A DNA stretch of 64,000 bases, from positions 620,001 through 684,000 of the forward strand of contig CAJFCJ010000014.1 of the NCBI GenBank assembly GCA_904063045.1, read 5' to 3'. Below are positions 54,857-64,000 of this stretch, in pieces. A model generated the notes under the pieces. It was given only the letters and a program-made list of their open reading frames with translations, did no database searches and was not told where the DNA came from. The DNA is from Dimorphilus gyrociliatus (taxonomy: Eukaryota; Animalia; Annelida). Positions within the stretch are counted from its first letter, which is position 1. Every line of letters begins with the position of its first letter. Position numbers and translations under genes: made by a program.

Positions 54857-54870
54857 GTTACCTAAGTAAC
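54857..54870. promoter_or_regulatory. RFX X-box upstream of MOK
   Basis: GTTACC-TA-AGTAAC fits GTNRCC-N(0-3)-RGYAAC and lies about 270 bp upstream of the predicted ATG. Confidence 0.65.
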
Positions 54871-55135
54871 GGGTATTACGTGAACTAGAATTAATTATAA
54901 AGGTAGTATAAAAGATTCGTCAAAGGATTCTAAATAGTCGAGCCGCTAATGAAAAAGACTATGTGTACAGTAACCAGGGGACATTTAGCAGTAAGGGCCA
55001 TTTCAGTTCGATAAATACCTACTTGTAGTCGGATATATTAAATATAATAGGCGTCAATTTTTTTGACGCTTTCAATTAACAACGAATCTTCTACAGAATG
55101 CTTTTGAAAAGTAATTGGAATTAATAGAAGATCAG

Positions 55136-56810
55136 ATGAAAAAAATGACAATTACCGGCGAGACATTCCAGCAAAGTACGATCTATTTTTCTCTCTTATT
55201 TGGCAGTCTTTCTCCATTTTTCTCCCTTCTTCATTCCGATTGTTTCTCTCTCTCTCTCTCTTATTCTCAATTCTTAGTTCTCCTATTCTTCAATCAACCT
55301 ATGTTTCGAACTATCAAGCTCATCCTTTTTCATCCTGATTTTTTTCAAAAATAGGATACCGGCTACTATCAAAGAAAGGTGAAGGTACATTTTCGGAAGT
55401 GTTCAAATGCCAATGTATAGAAGACGGCTCTTACTGGGCATGTAAAAAATTAAAGCAAAGATACGAAAGCCTTGAACAAGTTAATCAATTAAGAGAAATC
55501 CAAGCGATGAGAAGATTAAGTGAACATTCTAATATACTTAAATTACAGGATGTTATATTGTATGTGATCTTGGCTATTTATAAATGTAGATATGCATTTT
55601 AAATTCATTAATTCCCTATTTTTTTCTTCCCCCATCCTCCGTCAATCCAATCATTTATTGGATAACTTCAAACAACGTCTGATAAAATCTTCTCTCTCTA
55701 TTCGTTAACAAAAAAAAACGCCTCTACAGTGAAAAACAAACTGGATCTTTAATACTTATATGTGAATTAATGGATATGAATATTTTTGAATTAATTAGGG
55801 GTAAGTGATATTTTTTTTCTTATAATTATTATTTATTGAACATGATTATATGATTCTTAATATTTGAGTGTTTCGAATATTCTATTACTTTGTAAGCCAT
55901 TCTAAATTCGAACAAAAAAACGAATTGTTTATTCAAAGCATATGGGAAAGGAAGGAGTGCTAAAGTAAAACAGAGGGGTTGAGAGAGACACAGAGAGAGA
56001 GAGAGAGGGGGGGGGGAAAGAAAGAGATTGAGAGAGAAGGGTAGGAAATGAGGAGGGGGAGGGGGTGATATTACAGGTGTAAGGAAACGGAAATTATAGC
56101 ATTTTGTTTAAAAAACAGCAGCAAAATAAAGCTTGTAAAGAGGAATAGACAGACAGGCAGAGTGAGAGAGAGAGAAAATTTGTTGGCTAATATCCAATAG
56201 CGGAAATCGGATTAGAAGAGATTAGCCGATATGCGTAGAAATTTTGAGGAATTATTCATAATAAAAGATTAACATTAAGCGGTTAAATTTCTTCATAAAA
56301 CAATAAAATTGTGTTATCAGGTCGTCGTCACTATTTAGATGAGAAGAAAGTAAGGAATCATATGTATCAGCTATTAAGAGCAATCGACTATATGCATCGG
56401 TTTGTACTATTAGACAATAGTGCTCTATAAAAAAAAGAACATCAGAGAGAATCCTCTTAGTATCCCTAATTAAGGGGAAAAGTCTCTAAAAGATGCTATT
56501 TACTGAGATAAACCCTCTTTAACGAATTTTTGCTCCTTGTCATCTTTTACTTATAATAACGGGGAAAATATTTCTATTTTAGGCCTATAATATCTATAGT
56601 TCATATTTATATTATTTTCCATTTTTTTGTCTATCCATCTATCTATCTATTCTCTATATTTCTTTTCCTTTGTTATTTCCATTTTTCAGGACGAAAACAT
56701 AATTTAGCAGAAAGTAGAACTAAACGCCTTGTATTTCAATTACTCAAAGCTGTAGATTACATGCATAGGTAAAGGAAAGAAGAAAGATTTAACATTAATT
56801 ACTGTATACA

Positions 56811-56851
<41 letters not shown>

Positions 56852-59217
56852 GGGAATAATAATATATTATTATTATTTATTACTAATATATATAATATAT
56901 ATATATATATATATGTCTTCTATACCACACATTCTTTCCTTCCACACACCCAAACAAATAAACAAGTCACACTACCTCTTTCTTTTCATTCTTTTACCTC
57001 TTTTCTTGAATGAATTAGCATTTTTTTTTTTTACTTTTGTTTATTTCTCTCGCTCTTTCTCTTTCTTTCTTTCTTTCTCTTCATTTTTCTTATCTAAACT
57101 GCTTTTTTTTCCGCTTTTATGCTTTAAACATTAAATAATTACCTTATAATTAAGGCTTTTTTTAACTAAAATACGCGTTTCTTTCTGTATAGAAATGGCA
57201 TTTTTCATCGAGACGTTAAACCGGAGAATGTGCTAATAAAGGTAAGAAAAAAAAAGAGATATTTGTATTATTTATTATATTTATCTTGGAAAACAATCAA
57301 TGAAGTTTAAGTGCGTTAAACAATTAATATATCAATGAATAACTACAATACATTTTAAGAAAACCAATAATTATTAGATTTATTCTATACTCTGCTGACA
57401 TCTACCGACAAAAGTTAAACTTTTACTGTATAATAGTGTAATAATAGTACTATTCGTAGTATATTATTTATCATGCGACCTTTTATTAAATGGATCTAAT
57501 TAGATTAATTGTTAATAGGATTATATATTTGTTATTATTGTTGTTATTGTTTCCTTTGAAATATTTTAGGACGACGTTTTAAAGTTGGCCGATTTCGGAT
57601 CATGCAGAAGTATACATTCAAGAGCTCCTTATACCGAATATATATCTACCAGGTGGTATAGGGCTCCTGAATGTCTTTTAACTGATGGATACTATAGTTT
57701 TAAAATGGATATTTGGAGTGTAGGATGTGTACTTTTCGAAGTAATGTGGTAAAAAGCTTTTATCTTTAATTTTTGCAAATAGTTAAAATAACTTAACTTA
57801 ATTAATATTCATGAATTAATTAACCTAATTATTTTTAACAAAATATAAATACATATTTGTATTTAATCTATTTTTAGTTTGTATCCACTTTTTCCTGGTT
57901 CTAACGAAGTGGATCAAATATCTAAAATTCACGATATAATAGGAACACCGGATCCAAGCATTTTGGATAAATTAAAAAAGTCAGTAAACAAATTCTATTT
58001 ATTTTAAAGTCTAATTTTTAATGGAAAAGTAAAAAAAATAAAAAAAAAAAAGACATTCAATAAAAAATTTTTCAGTAAAACTCGTGGAATAAATTTTAAC
58101 TTTCCACCAAAAAAAGGATCAGGAATAGAAAAATTAATGCCCCACGCTCCTAGAGATTGCATAGATCTTATCTATAAAATGTGCACTTACGATCCGGATG
58201 AACGATTAACAGCACGTCAGGCTCTGAAACATAGCTATTTCAAGGAATTAAGGTTTGTTATTCTATAGGATAGACAGGGAGGGAAATTAGTCGCTTAGTA
58301 TTAACCTATATTTTAAAACGGACTTTGCGTGTTTCAAAGTAGGAAACTAATTGGGTATTTCATCGATTTAGCAGTAATTCCAATACGGCAAATACTTTTA
58401 ATTCTTTAGCTATAGAATTTTTCAAGTAGAGTTTATTTGTTATGATTCATCTTAAGCCGATAAGCGATAAAAAGTCAACATTTGTTTGCGCTATCTTCCA
58501 CGTGCATTGTTCATATCTTGTCTCCTACTCTTCTTCTTTTGATAACTAACTTGTAAAGAGTATAAGTATTATACTCTTTACAAGTTATTTATCAATGAAA
58601 TAATGTACACGTTGTATCATTAACCGGTAAAAGGCCGTTGGCTATTGGTTATGTACAGGCCACATGTTATATATTACATAGCAAATCATATATTAATACT
58701 AATATGATTAAAGTTTAAAAAATATATACAGTATATACGCTGTATACAGTATAAAGAGCACAATAAAGAAAAGGAAGAAGCCTGTTCTATGTGTTTGCTA
58801 TGCGAGCGTAAAGGAATCTACTAATACTTTCAAATCTATATTAATGATTCAAAGAATTGCTTCTTTCTTTCAAGTTGTTCAAGTCAAAAAGCTTATAGAG
58901 AGATTTTATAATTCTTGCTAATCTATTAACAAAAAAAAGGATATAATATTCTATACACCTGAATTTTGCTTATATACAGTATATATATATATGTATTGAT
59001 ACCAGTAAGATTACTTTTAATTCTGATTTCCTTCGAAAAACATACAGATTATTAACTATAAAAAAAATTAAAATATTGAACGATAATACAAAATCCTTTC
59101 ATTTTGTGCTGAATAATATAAAATTGGAATTTATTTTGGATAATTTCACGGATATTGTATGGTTTTTTTCTGTCTGCCTGTCTATCTCTAGCTCTCTCGA
59201 TCTATCTCTCCCTATCC

Positions 59218-59254
<37 letters not shown>

Positions 59255-61162
59255 AAACCTTATCTGTCTCTACTCTACATTTTCTCTCTCTATTAACTGT
59301 TTAAATACTATGAGTTCGAATGCTAAACTACCGCCTGTTGAACTAGGAAAAAGTCTAATTTTGTAAGTATTTTCATATAAATAGTATATTCTTGTTTGTC
59401 TAAGGAAAAAAGAGAAAAGAATGTTGAAAAAATTATTCACTACAGTTTATTAAAAGGAGTTTTATGCGTTTTAAATGTGTAATTAACCGAAATCTTTCTT
59501 TTGTAATCAAGAAATATTACATATCAATGTTTATCTTATAAAAATAGAAGTATAGAAAATCAGAAAAGTGGAGCATTTTACGTATTTTGATTGATATATA
59601 TATATTTCTATTCTATTCTCTAATAAGAATTTTTCTCTAATACAATGGTAAAGTATATATACAGTATCCACATACCCGCATATATAATGCACATAGGCTT
59701 AGAAAACTGAAGGAAATTCGTTGTATAGTCAACACGAGGTTATTGTAAGCGTCGTCGACGTCATTTACTTTTTTTTTTACTTGAAAGAAGGGATTAGTTT
59801 TATATTTTGTGCTTAAAAAAGAAAGTCTTCTCTTTTTTGTCCTTTAACAATGAAATAGCAAAATGTATGAACTTTTTTTTTATGAACGTACCTAATACAT
59901 ACAATATTCAATCTAATAAATAATAGCTCAACTTTGATACTTTAATAGTTAAAAAAAAAAATCCAGTTTTAGATAAGCGCGATACTGACGTAATATAAAA
60001 TGAAACAACTATTGTCCCGACGTATTTAAAAAAAATCAATTTATTTGTAGAAAAGTGTTTAAAAAGTGAACGAAAACACCCACTCCACTCAGCTATTTGT
60101 TATATTTAATCTTCTCTAAGTATAATTCAAGTTCAAAGCTATTAAAACCTAAATAATTAGGTTATAGTTATATTGTATCTACATATACTTTTATATTGAT
60201 TATGGGATTTAGTTTTAAAAATGTCTTTCTTTCAATGTTCAACAGGGAACAGGAAAGGAGAGCTAAAGCTGAGAGACGAATGGAAGAAGAACATGCCAAT
60301 TCTGTGAAATTGTTAGAAACAAAAGTTATCTCTAATAATGCGTCTACGACGCCTAGGCCTACATCAGCTACTCGTCGTAATAATAATTTTTTCCGATCGG
60401 AAGGAGTAAAGCGTAAAAAAGATAAACATAAACGCCGAATGGTTTTATCTAGTAATAATGGAATGGCTAATGAATTGCCAAAAATGAATGTGATGCATTC
60501 TACTTATAAACCAACTTTTCATCTAAGTTCATATACAACAGCCGGTTCTTATCCAAAGATAAAGGCAAAAGAAATATCCTCGACAGACCCTTTGCCCAGA
60601 ATTAATACACTTTTTAAGCAAAAGAAAGTTAAACAAGTAAGAATGAATTTGCAAATATAATAGAATATTTTTTTTTGTTCTTTCATAATATATCTTATCT
60701 TTAATCTGTGTTTAATAAAAACAGAGCAATCAAACGTCCAAGAATATTATAAACGGCCATTATCAGTTACCGTCTATAGAACGGTAGGAAATGAGGTTAT
60801 AGTGATGTATATGAATATCATCAATTTTTTGTCAAAAGACTTAATATTTTAATAATTTTGTATAACCTGTTAAGACCTAAATTTCTACTGTTAGGTGAAG
60901 GAATTAAATGTATTTCTTTATTTTTGTATTTTTCACGTAAGATGTCTAATCTTGAAGCAAAACTGCATGAAACGATAATTTTAATCTTTCATATTTATGT
61001 ATAAAATATACAATATATTATATAAATATATATTTTAGTATATATATATATATAAACAATAAGCAATAAACTTTTGGTAATTTTAATAAAATGTAATCAA
61101 ATTTTAAGGTAACATTTTTTTTGTGTTTTTAATTGATAACAAGAGGACATTTATCCGACTAG
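55136..61162 (+). CDS. MOK: MAPK/MAK/MRK-overlapping kinase (MOK), multi-exon
   Basis: Motifs [61 protein letters not shown] and [13 protein letters not shown]; tail ...LPSIERGHLSD*. Confidence 0.93.
56321..56399 (+). other. MOK: MOK alternative exon A (79 nt)
   Basis: cag|[27 protein letters not shown]|gt, phase 1 to phase 2. Confidence 0.88.
56690..56768 (+). other. MOK: MOK alternative exon B (79 nt)
   Basis: cag|[27 protein letters not shown]|gt, same length and phase as exon A. Confidence 0.88.
58547..58587. repeat. Perfect 19-bp-stem hairpin in a MOK intron
   Basis: taacttgtaaagagtataa-gta-ttatactctttacaagtta. Confidence 0.9.
59185..59292. repeat. (CT)n-rich tract; related GA/CT tracts near 46697-46725, 55240-55260 and 55980-56060
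   Basis: Directly visible dinucleotide runs. Confidence 0.9.
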
Positions 61163-61221
61163 AACAAGATAAAAATGATAAAAGAATGACAAAAAAAAAA
61201 CCGTCTTTCTCGTTGGCCTCA

Positions 61222-63147
61222 TTAAGTTGGGCAACAAGGATTATCGGCTATTAATACCACGTCGACTCCGTAAGTCTCAATTAATTCCATAAGAAAGGAA
61301 CGGTCGCCCTGGGGATGTAAGCCCATTGAGGTAATATGGTCAGCCGTGATACTTTTCTCTTCAGAATTAGCCAAGTTTAGTAATGTATGGAGTATCTTAT
61401 TGTTACATTTAGTGAAGAAACTGAAATATATTATAATTTTATTGCTCGTTAAAAAGAATATTCTATTAACAAAGAATATTTACTTAGTGAATATGTCCAT
61501 TTCACTTTGGTTTTCATCAATCAATCCGTTTCTAGCTTCATATAGCTGGTTTAATCTCATAGTATCTGCGGGAGTTGGTTTTGCAATGTCAGACAATGAA
61601 TGAGAACTTGTTCTGATGTTTTGATTGTCAACGTATAAATCGTATAATTCACTCTTTAATTCAAATATCTTTTCAGTAGTACCTAAGAAGAAACAAACTA
61701 AAACAAGTGATATATATAAAATAAAATCCATACAAGCTACATAAGAAATCTCGCTCTGTAATGAATCTATATCGGCTACATTGACGAAAAAATGTGGTTT
61801 ACTCTCGATAGTTGATAATTGATAATTTAAATTATAGTTAGCCAACCAGCAGGTGCAATAAACTGTTAGTAAAGAGAACGAGACAAAATTCTTAGGCATA
61901 CAGATAAATATGAATATTTTCATTAGGTAAACCTCTGTAGCAAACATCTCCAATTGGCGGTGGTGAAAAGAAAAGTATTCTTTTTTGTAATAAGGCAAAT
62001 TTCCATATAACAAATAGTTTTTCAGCAAAGAATTTTATAAACATTTCAACACAATTGCTCGGGTGGCTAACCTGTTTTTTTGTACACATTTTAAACATAC
62101 TATACATAAATATGTACATATATGCTATATATATATATATATCTGAACAGTATATAAGTGCCTACAGCTGTTAAAATTAAAAATCTATAATATATAAATA
62201 CTGTATATTATACTTTGTTAATAAAAATAAATACATTTACATAGATATATTAATTAATAAATTAACCACTTCTATAGCTAAACCGTTGATTTCCTCATTT
62301 TCTATTACACATTTCCTCTCGTGATAGAACTTTTCCAAAGCATCATAAGAAGACGGTAGAGTAAGAGCGAAGCTAGAAACAAAAATAATTGAGTCTATTA
62401 TTTATTCTATTTATAGCAATTATGTGAATTAAAAGAGAAGAAAAAATAATAAGAAGACAGGGAAAAGAGACAGAGAGAGCGAGGGAGAAAGAAATTAAAG
62501 ACATATACCTTTACCTCTTTCTCTCATGTATATACAATATAATACATAGTTTATATATTCATTTAAATGGATGATTTGTACAGTAAACACTAGAATTCAG
62601 GACAACTGATAAACATACCTAACTTGCTCGGTTAGAAATGGTAAATGTTCGTATAGTGAATTGTAATTTGCTGATAGGATTCCAACGCTTTTCATTCTAG
62701 CACCACGTTCCAGTTCATTAGACACAGATAACTTTTCAAAACAGGCTAAGCCGAAAAAATTACCGTGTCGAAAGTAAACAAAGTCTGTCTTTAGGGTATG
62801 AGCTCCGCTACACAATGCTTTAAATTCGATGCCTTTCAAATCAATATCATTAGGTTCTTGCCATTCTATAATGTTCCCTTTATTTATAAGAAGGTATCTA
62901 TTAAATGGACAATATTCTTGTGTTCATTTATTGAATACAGACCGGCTTTTGTATCGAATGCAACAACAAATACGCAAACTATTCCACTGCTGCTTATTGA
63001 TGCTTTGTTGTGTATTAATTTATTTTTCGATAAACACTTCAGGACTTTATCATCTTCGAATAAACTCCTTAATTCTTCGCCATTCTCTAATATTTCACAA
63101 TTTTCGATAGGATCATTCAATAATGGTTCATTCTCTTCGGCAGCCAT
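61222..63147 (-). CDS. DENND11: DENN domain protein 11 (LCHN/KIAA1147), multi-exon
   Basis: Motifs [69 protein letters not shown] and [21 protein letters not shown]; ends ADNPCCPT*. Confidence 0.92.
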
Positions 63148-63154
63148 ACTTTTA

Positions 63155-63187
63155 CGCGCATGCGCAAGAGAGTTTTGGCGCCAAAAC
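63155..63187. promoter_or_regulatory. NRF1-type motif plus 16-bp E2F-type palindrome upstream of DENND11
   Basis: CGCGCATGCGCA at about 63155-63166 and GTTTTGGCGCCAAAAC at 63172-63187. Confidence 0.55.
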
Positions 63188-63231
63188 CGAAAATACAAAA
63201 AAATAAACAATATTCATCATTTATACTTTAT

Positions 63232-64000
63232 TTATCGTATACTGTCAGCATAGTATTTACCAGAACGTCTTAAACTTTCTTCAAATGTATACAAAGGTTT
63301 ATAACCAAGGACTTTTTGGGCTTTTCTGTCGGTGAATGTTAGCACTCTGCTAATTGCTTTTAACATATTAGGTGATGGGGTAAGATTAATTCGGACGAAA
63401 GGTGAAAAACACAATGTAATTAATTGCAAAAATAAAGTGAAAACATACAAAATTCCCATAGGAATTTGAAAGGGGCAAATTCGAAGCGACATCTCGCGAA
63501 TGAAGTGCTGAAAGAAGCGATTAGTGTTTGAAAGCGGCGTATCGTCCAAGACAAAGTACGCCTCCCCTGCGGCTTTTTCGCCGTCCTTATCAAGACTCTG
63601 GTGGGCAACCAGGTGGGCCCAGGCCGCATTTCCTACATATGTATACTGGCACTTGCTCTCTTCTGGCACTGAGGGCTGGACAACGTAACCCAAAACGGGC
63701 TTAATTGCCTGTGGTATGACCTGATAATCGCCCTCACCGTACATAGGGGTAAGCCTGAGGGAAAGAGTCCTTAAAGATTTGTCATTGGCATTTAAGACGA
63801 GTCTTTCCGCTTCACTTTTTGTGTGTCCATAACCAGGGAAGATAAAAGACGATGGTGGTGTTGGCAAAGATTCGTCTCCGTCTACGATGTCGCCTCCATC
63901 ATGTAGTACAACGTTAATGGAACTTGTATAAATTAGTTTTTTCACTCCAGCCTCTTTGCAAGCGTTGATAACATTTTTCGTGCCCTCGATATTCACGCCA
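63232..64000 (-). CDS. 3-beta-hydroxysteroid dehydrogenase-family SDR (3' part; runs off the window)
   Basis: Motifs NIEGTKNVINAC, LIYTSS, catalytic YGHTK, LRLTPMYGEGD and YVGNAAWAH. Confidence 0.9.
   Translation of the reverse strand, partial: GVNIEGTKNVINACKEAGVKKLIYTSSINVVLHDGGDIVDGDESLPTPPSSFIFPGYGHTKSEAERLVLNANDKSLRTLSLRLTPMYGEGDYQVIPQAIKPVLGYVVQPSVPEESKCQYTYVGNAAWAHLVAHQSLDKDGEKAAGEAYFVLDDTPLSNTNRFFQHFIREMSLRICPFQIPMGILYVFTLFLQLITLCFSPFVRINLTPSPNMLKAISRVLTFTDRKAQKVLGYKPLYTFEESLRRSGKYYADSIR

Noticed and set aside
55980-57090. RNA pairing as the mechanism for MOK exon exclusivity (GA tracts vs CT tracts; 7-bp ggctaat/attagcc stem at 56185-56227)
   Set aside because: Low-complexity or short complementarity is expected by chance. 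It would need conservation or covariation evidence.

Overview
AT-rich, gene-dense eukaryotic (metazoan, invertebrate-type) DNA with mostly 50-70 nt GT-AG introns. This resembles compact genomes such as the annelid Dimorphilus, but the species cannot be confirmed from sequence alone. Left end: SNAPIN and BiP/HSPA5, with an ERSE-like site and a long HSE array upstream of BiP. Centre (about 5.8-43.4 kb): a HELZ2-like cluster (zinc fingers + SF1 helicase + RNB exoribonuclease + SF1 helicase). Two intact, convergent copies form a large inverted repeat with about 9.5 kb near-identical arms (about 9137-18635 and 32039-41537) but diverged promoters and zinc-finger N-termini. The spacer holds an intact but catalytically degenerate third paralog, a DD35E Tc1 remnant whose terminus also appears inverted near the other arm, a duplicated terminal exon, SWI5 and an uncharacterised gene. 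Decayed helicase remnants flank both arms. Right end: class A GPCR, ABCB10, secreted EEP-fold protein, SLC16 transporter, small HSP, MOK kinase (with two tandem 79-nt mutually exclusive exon candidates), DENND11 and a partial 3-beta-HSD-family gene. No rRNA, tRNA or CRISPR array was recognised. Exon boundaries were assigned by eye.
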